From: Acidobacteriota bacterium
GTDB taxonomy: Bacteria > Acidobacteriota > UBA4820 > DSQY01
DNA: 64,000 bases
Assembly: GCA_049967655.1 (NCBI GenBank)
Contig: JBMFSH010000001.1
Span: 117,836 to 181,835 of the forward strand
Direction: 5' to 3'
The stretch's first letter is position 1. Each line of letters starts with the position of its first letter. Both the position numbers and the translations under genes were made by a program. Positions 42,341 through 51,571 of the stretch are shown piece by piece. The notes beneath the pieces were generated by a model. It saw nothing but the letters and a program-made list of their open reading frames with translations. It was not told the DNA's origin and ran no database searches.

Positions 42341-44737
42341 ATGACGCCCGACGATCCCACTGATCCCGAGGTGTCCGCGGAGCGAGCGCGGTATCGGGGA
42401 AAGGTAAAAGTCGGGGCGGCGCAGCGCCTGGTCCACTTCCTCCGCGAAAACGAGTGGTTCTGGGCCGTGGCTTTTCTGCTCGTGGCCTTCGCCCTCTTCA
42501 CTCGCCAGTTCCGCGTCCAGCCTCCCCCCAGCCTGCCGATCGGATCGGTGGCCTCCCGGGACATCCGTGCTCCCTTCGACTTGCAGATCGTGGACAAGGT
42601 GGCCACCGACCAGAAGCGCCAGGAGGCCAGCGCCAAGGTCCTGCCCGTCTACGACTGGGATTCGGGCATGGCGGCGGACGTGGTGGCCCGCGTGAGCACG
42701 GCCTTCCAGGCGGCCCGCTCCAACCTGGCGGACCTGAACCGGTACCTCCACACCGGCAACCTGTCCCGGGATCAGCGAAACCAGGCGGAGGAGCAGTTTC
42801 TGGACCGCCTCTCCGAGGACCTGGGCGGCAGTCTGTCCCGCTTCGCCCTCCGGCAGTTCGAGAAGGAGGGCTTCAGCACCAGCCTGGAAAAGACCGTGGA
42901 GGACCTGGTCACCCAGGTGGAGGGGAAGAAGATCGTGCCCGACGGGGAGCAGTTTCAGGGCAGCGACTCCATCCGCATCCGAGACATCCGCCGGAAGGGT
43001 GTGGAGTGGACCCAGAAAAACCCGGCGGCGGGCGACATCATCACCCTCAGCGAGGCCCGCCGGATCCCGGGCACTACCCTGGAAAGCCTGACGATCCTGC
43101 CCTCCCAACTGCGCGGGGCCATCGAGGACTACGTGCGCGGCATCCTTGCCCCCAACCTCACCTACAACAGCCAGGAGACCACGGCGCGAAAGGAGCAGGC
43201 CGCCGAACAGGTGGAGCCCCTGGTGGTGTTCCTCCGGAAGGGCCAGGTGCTGGTCAAGGCCGGGGAGAAGATCGACGAGAGCGCCCTCCAGAAGATCCAG
43301 GCCTTTCAGGAGGCCAGCCGAAACGTCCTCAACGTCTCCCTCCTGGGCGCCCTCCTGCTCTTCCTTCTCCTGCTGTTGGGCTTCAATTTCATGTACCTGA
43401 AGTCTTACCGGAAGAAGCACTACCCGAACCTGAACCTCTTCGTGCTCACGCTCCAGGTGACCATCCTCTTCATCCTCATTGGGTTCGGCATCCAGGTGCT
43501 GGCGCGCCTAGCCGCCGAAGGCAGCAAGTCGGCCCTCCTGGGTTCGCCCGAGCTCCTCACCTTCGCCATTCCGGCGGCGGCCGGCGCCATGCTCATGACC
43601 TTCCTGGTGGACCGGCACATCGCTATCATCTATACGTTGATGTACGGCCTGCTCTTCGGCATCTACACCGATCTCAACTTCGGCATGCTGGTCTACTGCG
43701 TGCTCTCCTCCTTCACGGCCATCTATGCCGCCAGCCGCATGGCCCAGCGGACGGCCCAGTGGAAGGCCTGCCTCCTCCTGGCGGCGGTCAACGTGCCCCT
43801 GGCGTTAGCCGTTCTAGCCATGGCCCCGGAGATGGAGCACAGCACCGTGAAGGTGGTGGCGCCCCTGACGCTGGCCTTCCTGTCGGCCTTCCCGCTCACC
43901 ATGATGCTGGTCTCCACGCTCCTTCCCATCTTCGAGAGCCTCTTTGGCATCCTGACCGAGGTGCGCCTGCTGGAGCTCTCCAACATGAACCACCCCCTGC
44001 TCCGGCGGCTGGCGCTGGACGCCCCGGGCACCTACAACCACTCGCTCATGATGGCCTCCCTCTCGGAGGCCGCCGCCAACGCCATCGGCGCCAACGCGCT
44101 CTACTGCCGAGTGGCCTGCTACTACCACGACATCGGCAAGATGTTGAACCCCATCTACTTTGTGGAGAACCAGGTGCCGGGGCAGAACCCCCACGACAAG
44201 CTGGCCCCGAGGATATCGGCCCTCATCGTCGGTGCCCACGTCAAGGAGGGGATCGCCATGGGTCGCCAGTACAAGCTCCCCCAGGCGGTCATCGACATCA
44301 TCCCCCAGCACCACGGCACGCGGCGGATCAGCTATTTCCTGGACAAGGCCCTCACCATGCTGGACCCGGAGAAGGAGAGCATCAACGAGGCCGACTTCTC
44401 CTACCCGGGACCCAAGCCCCAGAGCCGAGAGGCCGCCATCGTGATGATCGCGGACGGCGTGGAGGCCGGCTCCAGGGTGCTCAAGGAGCCCTCTCACCAC
44501 CGTCTGCGCTCTCTCATCGCCGAGATCGCCAACCGGGTCGTGGGGGAGGATCAGCTCTCCGAGTGCCCGCTGACCTTCCATGACCTGACCAAGGTCCAGG
44601 AGGCCTTCTTCCAGATGCTGCTGGGGGTCTTCAGCCGGAGGATCTCCTACCCCGGCTACTCGTTCGACAAGGAGCAGAAGAATGACGCGACGCGAGGTCC
44701 GGCTTCACAGCCGACTGCGGACCCCTCCCGTCCCTAG
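42341..44737 (+). CDS. 7TM-HD phosphohydrolase (PgpH-like)
   Basis: Extracytoplasmic domain, multiple TMs, APGTYNHS, YHDIGK, QHHGT, YPGPKP. Confidence 0.92.
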   Translation: MTPDDPTDPEVSAERARYRGKVKVGAAQRLVHFLRENEWFWAVAFLLVAFALFTRQFRVQPPPSLPIGSVASRDIRAPFDLQIVDKVATDQKRQEASAKVLPVYDWDSGMAADVVARVSTAFQAARSNLADLNRYLHTGNLSRDQRNQAEEQFLDRLSEDLGGSLSRFALRQFEKEGFSTSLEKTVEDLVTQVEGKKIVPDGEQFQGSDSIRIRDIRRKGVEWTQKNPAAGDIITLSEARRIPGTTLESLTILPSQLRGAIEDYVRGILAPNLTYNSQETTARKEQAAEQVEPLVVFLRKGQVLVKAGEKIDESALQKIQAFQEASRNVLNVSLLGALLLFLLLLLGFNFMYLKSYRKKHYPNLNLFVLTLQVTILFILIGFGIQVLARLAAEGSKSALLGSPELLTFAIPAAAGAMLMTFLVDRHIAIIYTLMYGLLFGIYTDLNFGMLVYCVLSSFTAIYAASRMAQRTAQWKACLLLAAVNVPLALAVLAMAPEMEHSTVKVVAPLTLAFLSAFPLTMMLVSTLLPIFESLFGILTEVRLLELSNMNHPLLRRLALDAPGTYNHSLMMASLSEAAANAIGANALYCRVACYYHDIGKMLNPIYFVENQVPGQNPHDKLAPRISALIVGAHVKEGIAMGRQYKLPQAVIDIIPQHHGTRRISYFLDKALTMLDPEKESINEADFSYPGPKPQSREAAIVMIADGVEAGSRVLKEPSHHRLRSLIAEIANRVVGEDQLSECPLTFHDLTKVQEAFFQMLLGVFSRRISYPGYSFDKEQKNDATRGPASQPTADPSRP

Positions 44738-45113
44738 GGAGGCCCTGGTGGCCTTCGCCCTGGACGTGCTGGCGCGGCTCGGGCTGGAGGGCGAGGTGGG
44801 GATCAAGATCTGCGGGGTGCGCCTCATGGCCAAGGCCAACCGCGAGTTTCGCCACAAGGCCGGCCCCACGGACGTCCTCTCCTTTCCCGACGGCGGCGTT
44901 TCCCCGGACGGGCTGACCTACCTCGGAGACATCCTCATCGCCGCCCCCGTGGCCCAGCGGGCGGCGCTCGAGGCGGGGCACGACCTGGAGACGGAGCTGA
45001 AGCGGCTCATCCTGCACGGCATCCTCCACCTGGCCGGCTTCGACCACGAGACCGACGGGGGGACCATGGCCCGCAAGGAGCGCGGACTGAGAAAGGAATG
45101 GGAGCTCGTCTGA
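44682..45113 (+). CDS. ybeY: rRNA maturation RNase YbeY
   Basis: PTDVLSFP, LGDI, HGILHLAGFDH. Confidence 0.95.
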   Translation: MTRREVRLHSRLRTPPVPREALVAFALDVLARLGLEGEVGIKICGVRLMAKANREFRHKAGPTDVLSFPDGGVSPDGLTYLGDILIAAPVAQRAALEAGHDLETELKRLILHGILHLAGFDHETDGGTMARKERGLRKEWELV

Positions 45114-46366
45114 TGATCCGGCTGGGCCTGGCGGCGTCTCTCACCCTGCTCTTCCTGCTCCTGCTGGTCCGGGCGGCCCTCAACGGCCTCTCCGCCATGA
45201 CCCTGAACCGGATGGCCGAGGAGGAGGCGCCCTCGGCGGCCGCGGTGAGGGCCTACCTGCACCGCCGCCTCGCCTACCTGCTCACCCTGCAATTCTCGGT
45301 GCTGGTCCTGAGCATCGGCGCCACCCTCCTGCTCACCGCCGACCTCGTGCGGAGCAGGGCGGCCCAGCCTCTGCTCTGGGGTTTCGTGGCCAGCCTCCTC
45401 TCGGTCCTGGTACTGGCCTCCATGGCCCAGACGGTGGCCGCCCTCAACCCGGAGAGAGTTTTCCTCGCCGCCCTTCCGGTGGTGAGAGCCTTCCTCTGGG
45501 TGTTCGGGATCGTCACGGTGCCGCTTTCCTCGCTCCTCTCCAGGCGCCTCCACGTGCTGCGCGAACGCATGGACGACGAGGACGAGGAGGAGGAGATCTC
45601 GGCCCTCATCAACGTGGGGCAGAGCGAAGGTATCCTGGAGAAGGAGGACTCGGTCCTCATCCGCGGGGTCATGGAGTTCGGGGACACGGTGGCGCGGGAG
45701 GTCATGACCCCCCGCACCGACATGGTCTCGGCCCCGGCCAACACCCCCCTTACCGCCGCCGCCGAGCTCCTGGCCAAGGCCCGCCACACCCGGCTACCCC
45801 TTTACGAGGAGCAGATCGACGACATCGTGGGGGTGGCCTACCTGAAGGACTTCCTCGGCGCCCTCCTGGCGGGCGAGGGCGGCCGCCCCGTGCGCGACTT
45901 CGCCCGCCCGGTTCCCTTCGTCCCCGAGAACAAGCCCATCTCCCAGCTCCTGCGGGAGTTTCAGGAGCAGAAGCTCCAACTGGCCATCGTGGTGGACGAG
46001 TACGGGGGAGTGGACGGCCTGGTCACTACGGAGGACCTCCTGGAGGAGATCGTGGGCGAGATCCAGGAGTACGACGAGGCGGAAGAGGAGCCCTTCGTGG
46101 ACAGGGCGCCCGGCGTCGTCGAGACCCTAGGCCGGGCCTCCGTCTACGACCTGGCCGAGCGGCTCGGAGTGGACATCCCGGAGGGGGACTACGATTCGGT
46201 GGCGGGGTGGATCTCCACGGCTCTCGGCACCATACCCCGTTCAGGAGAGCGCTTCACCATCCACGGGCTGGAGGTGGAGGTCCTCTCGGCCGACCGCCGG
46301 CGCATCCACAGGGTGCGCGTGAGCCTGCCCAAGCCCGCGGAGGCGCCCCCCGAAACGGAGGCTTAG
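45113..46366 (+). CDS. HlyC/CorC family CNNM-CBS protein
   Basis: TM region, VMTPR, AIVVDEYGG, EDLLEEIVGEI. Confidence 0.92.
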   Translation: MIRLGLAASLTLLFLLLLVRAALNGLSAMTLNRMAEEEAPSAAAVRAYLHRRLAYLLTLQFSVLVLSIGATLLLTADLVRSRAAQPLLWGFVASLLSVLVLASMAQTVAALNPERVFLAALPVVRAFLWVFGIVTVPLSSLLSRRLHVLRERMDDEDEEEEISALINVGQSEGILEKEDSVLIRGVMEFGDTVAREVMTPRTDMVSAPANTPLTAAAELLAKARHTRLPLYEEQIDDIVGVAYLKDFLGALLAGEGGRPVRDFARPVPFVPENKPISQLLREFQEQKLQLAIVVDEYGGVDGLVTTEDLLEEIVGEIQEYDEAEEEPFVDRAPGVVETLGRASVYDLAERLGVDIPEGDYDSVAGWISTALGTIPRSGERFTIHGLEVEVLSADRRRIHRVRVSLPKPAEAPPETEA

Positions 46367-46490
46367 GGCCAACCACGGCGTGTCCTTGGAACGGGCAGAG
46401 TGATCGGGAGCAGGAGAGGCATACCATGCAGCCCCTATTTATCTTCCATCATCCCGCCTTTGGGTGTCGGGAAATGGTTCTTCCTCAGTC

Positions 46491-46518
46491 TCTCCACCCT
46501 CCACCCTCCACCCTCCAC
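46491..46518 (+). repeat. CCTCCAC heptamer array (4 units)
   Basis: TCTCCAC followed by CCTCCAC x3, directly before an AAGGAGG RBS. Confidence 0.85.
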
Positions 46519-46535
46519 CAAATAAGGAGGCCGCC

Positions 46536-46844
46536 ATGTCCCGCGTGATCGTCGAAGTCTCGTTCGTCCCCCTCGGCGCCGGAGTCTCGCTCTCCGCTTA
46601 CGTGGCCGAGGCCGTGCGCCTGATCCGCGAGAGCGGACTGCCCCACGAGTTCCACAGCATGGGCACCAACATCGAGGGCGAGTGGGAGGAGGTCATGGGG
46701 CTCGTCCGGCGCTGCATGGACCGCCTCTTCGAGATGGGCGCGCCCCGCCTCACCACCTCGATCAAGGTCAGCGAGCGCCACGACAAGCCCTATACCATGG
46801 CCGCCAAGGTCGAGGCCGTGGAGACCATCCTGGCCGGACGGTAG
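46536..46844 (+). CDS. MTH1187/thiamine-binding family protein
   Basis: VPLG, SAYVA, SMGTNIEGEW. Confidence 0.9.
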   Translation: MSRVIVEVSFVPLGAGVSLSAYVAEAVRLIRESGLPHEFHSMGTNIEGEWEEVMGLVRRCMDRLFEMGAPRLTTSIKVSERHDKPYTMAAKVEAVETILAGR

Positions 46845-47220
46845 ACCGTCCCGACTTTTCTTCGGATCTACAACGGCTCCTCAGGAGCAGATGGCCCATG
46901 TTTTTATTTTCTCCCCGGCGTAGTTCTGCTGCCGGAGGACAAGGCCATGCTCGCCAAGATCATGGCCCAAGCACCCAAACGCTGACGGGCGTTGGATTCG
47001 AGATCTGGGCGTGAGGCTTTCACGGACCCTTGCACCCAGGCGCCGGTACCGGCAGTGGGACATCCTCCTGCTGTTCCATGATGGGGACAGTATGCCAGAG
47101 GAGACGGGGATTCGGAAAATCGCGGCCGGCCGGGCCTGGGCTGCGCCGTTGGCGCGGCGCCCGCGACCCTTCGGGGAAGAAGCTTCGAAGGGGGTTTCAG
47201 GGTGACGCGCAAGAGACTTT

Positions 47221-47262
47221 GCGTCTCGCGTCTTGCGTCTGGCGCCTCGCGCCTCGCGCCCT
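47221..47262 (+). repeat. GCG(T/C)CTN heptamer array (6 units)
   Basis: GCGTCTC GCGTCTT GCGTCTG GCGCCTC GCGCCTC GCGCCCT. Confidence 0.8.
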
Positions 47263-47265
47263 CTT

Positions 47266-49518
47266 CTACCGCTGGAAGGCGTAGGAGACCTTGACGAAGA
47301 GCTGGCGGTCCTGGGGCTGGATCCCCTGGCGGGGGACGTAGGACCGGTCGTCGCCGTAGCCCACGTAGAGGACGCTCTGCCAGTTGAGCCGGTACGCGTA
47401 GAGGAGCGAGCCCTGGAGCCCGGCCGACCGGCGCTCCACGGCGAAGGTGTAGAGGGCCTTGTCCCGCCTCGTCTCCACCCACTGCGCGATGGCCCTCAGG
47501 TAGGAGCGGGCGGAGAAGCTGTAGACGGCCCTCACCCTGGCCACGTCGGCCGTGAAGAGGCGCCCGGAGCGGCCTGTCTCGTTGGTCACGTTCAGCCAGT
47601 CGTGCTCGCCGGTCAGGTCGAGGGAGAGGCGGTCGGCGGGACGCAAGGTGAGTTCGTACTGAACCGTTCCGCCGTTGCCCATCCGCACGTTGTCGAAATC
47701 CACGTGGGGCCCCAGGTCCGCGTAGAGGGTGACCTCCGTGACGTGCGGGCCGGGGGACCAGTTCAGCGTGAAGTTGTAGTTGTGGAAGTGGAAGAGGACG
47801 GTCCCGGCGCGCTGGGCCCACGTCACGGCGGCCACGTCCGCGTACAGGTTCCGCACGCCGTGCAGGTTCAGCCCGGCGGCCCAGCGGCCCGTGAGCGTCC
47901 CCCCCTGCCGGTTCCACGTCTGCTGAAGGTTCAGGTAGGGCTCCACCTGGTTGAGGAACCCGGTGGGGTAGTAGTCGCGGGCCACCCACTGTTTCAGCGA
48001 CCGGTACCCCACCTGGGGGACGTAGCCGTCGTCGGCGCGGAAGCCCTCGCCCACGTCCTGGTAAGTCGTGTTGGCGTTCCAGGCGCGGACGCTGTAGTTC
48101 CAGTTCAGGGAGAGGGCGCCCGCCGAAAAGGACTGGCCGTTCCACGCGGAGCTGAGATCGGGCCGGTCCGGCGTGCGCGTCATGCTGAAGAGGAACTGGC
48201 CCGTGAACTGGTTCCTGTCGTCCGGGTTCCACTGGAAGTCCGGGCCCAGCACGCGGTTGAAGCTCCCGCCCTGGTTCTCCCGGTCGGTCATCAGGAGGCC
48301 CAGGTAGGAGCGGCCGAAGTCCTCGCGCACCCGGCCGATGGAGACCGTGGAGCCGAAGTCCTGGGGGAGCAGCTCGGAGTACTGGGGGCCCGGCAGGACC
48401 ACGCTGCCCCCGCCGCGGTCCTGTGCCACCAGGAAGGTGTAGGCGGCGTCGCCCGTCTTGCCGGTGATCCTCGCGCCCCAGCTCGGGGAGGTGATGGTGC
48501 GGGTGTAGACGGCCTGGAAGGGTGTCTGGAAGAGGTCCACGCCCTCCATGAAAAAGGGGCGCTTCTCCGGGTAAAAGAGGGCGAACCGCTGGTTCACCGC
48601 CACCTGCGCCACGTCGGACTCCACCTGCGAGAAGTCGGGGTTGAGGGTGAGGTCCACGGCCGTGTTGGCGTCGGGCGTCCACTTGGCGTCCACCCCCGTG
48701 TCGGTGGCGACGGGCTTGTTGAGGAAGGGGGTACCGGGAATGCCCCGGGCGTAGCCCTGCTCCTTGGCGGTCACGTACGGGGCCACCACCCAGTGCCCGC
48801 CCGGCGGCAGGCCCGCGATGCCCGTGAGCTCCGCCTCGTGGCAGAGGACGCAGTTGGTCCCCTTGGGGATGCGGACGTTCGTGATCTGGTACCGGTTGTG
48901 GCGCGGGTAGTTCCGCAAGAGCACGATGCCCCACGTCTGAGGGTCGGCGGCCGGGTAGCGGAGCGAGGAGAAGGGGATGCGCATCTCCGCCTCCCAGCCG
49001 TGAGCGGTAATCCGCGCGGCGCAGTCCCAGAAGAAATCGGGCGAGAAGTCCTCGTTGCCGGTGGTGTCGGTGCGGACGGCGTCCGATTCGATCCCCCGGG
49101 GGTTGACGAAGAACTCCTGGGCCGTGAGGCGGCTGTTGCGCGTGTCCAGGAAGACCGAGACGAAGTCCTGGTCGGAGGAGAGGCCGTCGCGGTCCGTGTA
49201 GGGGGCGCGGATGGCGGCGGGGTCGGGATCCTCGCAGCGGAAGGCCACGTAGAAGTACCGGCTGTCGTAGGTGATCCAGGCGGTGGTTTTAACCGGCGGA
49301 GGGGCGTCGTCGCCTGGGCTGATGTCGTAGAAGGTGGTCACCTCCGCCGCGCCCTTCCAGCCGGGGTCCGAGAGGCGGCCGTCCATGGTGATGGCCCCCG
49401 CGGCCCGGTGGAGTGGAATGGTGGGGGCGGAGGCTTCGGGCGGCTCGGCGGCCTGGGGGAGAATGGCCGCGAAAAGGAGTGCGAGGCTCAGGAGGAGGCG
49501 TCGGGACTTCACGGTCAT
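47266..49518 (-). CDS. CBM9-like/DUF5916 outer-membrane protein
   Basis: Signal peptide, MDGRLSD..W, AEMRIPFSSLRY, NPDFSQVESD, YPEKRPFF, C-terminal FVKVSYAF. Confidence 0.85.
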   Translation of the reverse strand: MTVKSRRLLLSLALLFAAILPQAAEPPEASAPTIPLHRAAGAITMDGRLSDPGWKGAAEVTTFYDISPGDDAPPPVKTTAWITYDSRYFYVAFRCEDPDPAAIRAPYTDRDGLSSDQDFVSVFLDTRNSRLTAQEFFVNPRGIESDAVRTDTTGNEDFSPDFFWDCAARITAHGWEAEMRIPFSSLRYPAADPQTWGIVLLRNYPRHNRYQITNVRIPKGTNCVLCHEAELTGIAGLPPGGHWVVAPYVTAKEQGYARGIPGTPFLNKPVATDTGVDAKWTPDANTAVDLTLNPDFSQVESDVAQVAVNQRFALFYPEKRPFFMEGVDLFQTPFQAVYTRTITSPSWGARITGKTGDAAYTFLVAQDRGGGSVVLPGPQYSELLPQDFGSTVSIGRVREDFGRSYLGLLMTDRENQGGSFNRVLGPDFQWNPDDRNQFTGQFLFSMTRTPDRPDLSSAWNGQSFSAGALSLNWNYSVRAWNANTTYQDVGEGFRADDGYVPQVGYRSLKQWVARDYYPTGFLNQVEPYLNLQQTWNRQGGTLTGRWAAGLNLHGVRNLYADVAAVTWAQRAGTVLFHFHNYNFTLNWSPGPHVTEVTLYADLGPHVDFDNVRMGNGGTVQYELTLRPADRLSLDLTGEHDWLNVTNETGRSGRLFTADVARVRAVYSFSARSYLRAIAQWVETRRDKALYTFAVERRSAGLQGSLLYAYRLNWQSVLYVGYGDDRSYVPRQGIQPQDRQLFVKVSYAFQR

Positions 49519-49886
49519 CGGAGCTCCTTTCCGTTGGAATTCGCGCGAGCAGACGGCCGGTCCAGCGCCTCGCGCCGGCGGGAGGCGGCCCGGTGGGCGG
49601 CGCGGCGGTGCTCTCGGGGGAACCGGCGGAGCCTTCTTCGCCCATGGCGACCTCCCTCTGGAGTGCATACGGACCCGATGCCGCGAAAGTTGACGCCCCA
49701 GCCGCCGCCGCGATGCGGCGCCGGCGCTCACCGGTTCGCCGCGTCCACGGCCAGGCGGAGAGGACGCGCCTGTTCGGCGCCGCGCGGACGGGCTCACGGC
49801 CGCCGCTCCCGTGTTTGCGCGTCCGGGGCGGCTTCGAGGCCCCGCCTTCCCTCTTCGAGGGTGGAGGGTGTGGTAATCTCCTCGAG

Positions 49887-50255
49887 CTACGAGCGCCAGC
49901 CGGCCCAGACGAGGCAGCCCCAGCCGATGAGGAAGCAGACGCCGCCCACGGGGGTGACGGCGCCGAGCCAGCGGATGCCCGATAGGGCGAGGGCGTAGAG
50001 GCTGCCCGAGAAGAGGAGAACGCCCGCCGTGAAGAACCAGCCCGCCGCGCGGAGGGCCGGCGAATTCCAGTGGGCCGAGGCCCAGGCCACCACGAGGATG
50101 GCGAGGGCGTGGCCCATCTGGTAGCGAACGCCCGTCTCGAAGACGGCCATCATGTCGGGGGCCAGCTTCCCTTTGAGGATGTGGGCGGCGAAGGCCCCCA
50201 GGGCTACCGAGAGGAACCCCAGTCCGGCTCCGATCACAAACAGCGTCCGCTCCAT
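49887..50255 (-). CDS. DUF423 (YgdD/TMEM256) membrane protein
   Basis: GAFAAH, YQMGHA, LFSGSLY, TPVGG. Confidence 0.92.
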   Translation of the reverse strand: MERTLFVIGAGLGFLSVALGAFAAHILKGKLAPDMMAVFETGVRYQMGHALAILVVAWASAHWNSPALRAAGWFFTAGVLLFSGSLYALALSGIRWLGAVTPVGGVCFLIGWGCLVWAGWRS

Positions 50256-50365
50256 GTCGTCTCCTCCCTGTGCTTCGGGTCTGTTGGGCGGCCCCAGGCT
50301 ACCATCGCGGTTCGGTCCGATTTCTTTTCCGCTCCTTCTTTGGTCCGCCTTCGCGGCCACGCGGC

Positions 50366-51013
50366 CTATTCGTAGATCCTTCCCGCCTTTTTGAGCCGCC
50401 TCAGGTAGAGCACCTCGCAGGAGCCGTCTCCCGCGTCGCTCCGGGAGAGCGAGGTGTGCCACCAGCCGGTGAAGCCGCCCCGGCGCACGCTCACGTCCAC
50501 GAGCTCGCCGGAGAGCTCCGTCACGTCGCCCTTCCCCAGGCCCTTGGCGGCCCGCTCCAGGTTCGCGTCCGCGGGGATCACGTGGGTGTTGGAGGAATAG
50601 CGGGCGATGAAAGCGTTGTCCAGGCCCGTCCCCGGGCCGTACTCCCACCAGTACCACCGACCGCTCTGGGACCAGGAGATTTTCCGGTAGAGGCCCCCCT
50701 CCAGCAGCTTGCCCCAGGCCATGGCTACGTCGCAGGGGGCCAGGGCGGCGTTCCAACCCGAGTGGTAGTTGATCCGGTCGAGCACCACCCCGCGCAGCAC
50801 GTAGTCGGCCCTCGGCGTGAGCACCACGTCGTAGCCGCCGCGACGCATGGCTATGCTGATGGGATGCTCCACGGGAGTCTGCTCGGGGTCGGCCGAGGTG
50901 TCGATGGGGGAGCTGTCCCAGCTCGTGGGCGTGGCCTTGCAGGCCAGCAGGAGGCCCGCCAGGAGCAGGCAGGCCGCCGCGGACAGAGCTGGGCGTGGTT
51001 GATGCGCCTTCAT
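50366..51013 (-). CDS. Hypothetical lipoprotein
   Basis: LLLAC lipobox; D.A.AWG, SSNTHVIPA and SLSR.D.G.G.CE motifs. Confidence 0.7.
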   Translation of the reverse strand: MKAHQPRPALSAAACLLLAGLLLACKATPTSWDSSPIDTSADPEQTPVEHPISIAMRRGGYDVVLTPRADYVLRGVVLDRINYHSGWNAALAPCDVAMAWGKLLEGGLYRKISWSQSGRWYWWEYGPGTGLDNAFIARYSSNTHVIPADANLERAAKGLGKGDVTELSGELVDVSVRRGGFTGWWHTSLSRSDAGDGSCEVLYLRRLKKAGRIYE

Positions 51014-51127
51014 GGCTACAGTCTCTCGCGGTTGGCGGCGCGGGCTCAAGGTCCAGGAGCCTCTGGCCCCTGCTCGGGGCGGATCGCCCATGGCCCAACG
51101 GCCCTCCGGCGGTGCCGCCGAAGCCGG

Positions 51128-51156
51128 TTGACAGCCCCGGGATGCGGCACTATACT
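51128..51156 (+). promoter_or_regulatory. Sigma70 promoter of the arsR-feoB operon
   Basis: TTGACA-17 bp-TATACT. Confidence 0.85.
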
Positions 51157-51160
51157 CCAT

Positions 51161-51182
51161 TATCTGAACATATACTCAGATA
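51161..51182 (+). promoter_or_regulatory. ArsR/SmtB-type operator
   Basis: Inverted repeat TATCTGA-ACATATAC-TCAGATA over the expected transcription start, resembling SmtB/CzrA boxes. Confidence 0.8.
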
Positions 51183-51202
51183 TTGTTCGGAGGAGCGATC
51201 TC

Positions 51203-51571
51203 ATGGAAGCCACGGGCACGAAACAAAGATCCGAGGCCCTGTCGGCCCTGCCTTACAGCGACAGGACCTACCACGCCATGGCCGAGACTTTCCGGGCGCT
51301 GGCGGACCCCACCCGGACCCGCATCGTCCATCTGCTCTCCATGGGAGAAAGCTCCGTGAACCACCTGGCGGAGCGGCTCGACGTGACGGCCTCGGCCGTC
51401 TCGCACCAGCTGCGCATGCTGCGCCAGATGGGGCTGGTCCGCTTCCGGAGGGACGGCCAGACGGCCCTCTACTCCCTGGACGATCCGCACGTCGCCATCC
51501 TGTTCCAGGAGGCCCTGGAGCACGTCTCCGACTTCCTGCAGGAGGGCAGGAAGAGGCGCGAATGGCTCTGA
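51203..51571 (+). CDS. ArsR/SmtB metalloregulator (alpha5-type site)
   Basis: FRALADPTRTRI, SAVSHQLRML, DPH-x10-H motif. Confidence 0.92.
   Translation: MEATGTKQRSEALSALPYSDRTYHAMAETFRALADPTRTRIVHLLSMGESSVNHLAERLDVTASAVSHQLRMLRQMGLVRFRRDGQTALYSLDDPHVAILFQEALEHVSDFLQEGRKRREWL

Noticed and set aside
46845..47200. Possible small gene or RNA in the gap after MTH1187
   Set aside because: Only short ORFs without RBS or motifs and weak imperfect inverted repeats; nothing supportable
49519..49886. Riboswitch in the long leader of the DUF5916 gene
   Set aside because: GC-rich with incidental hairpins; no recognisable aptamer consensus
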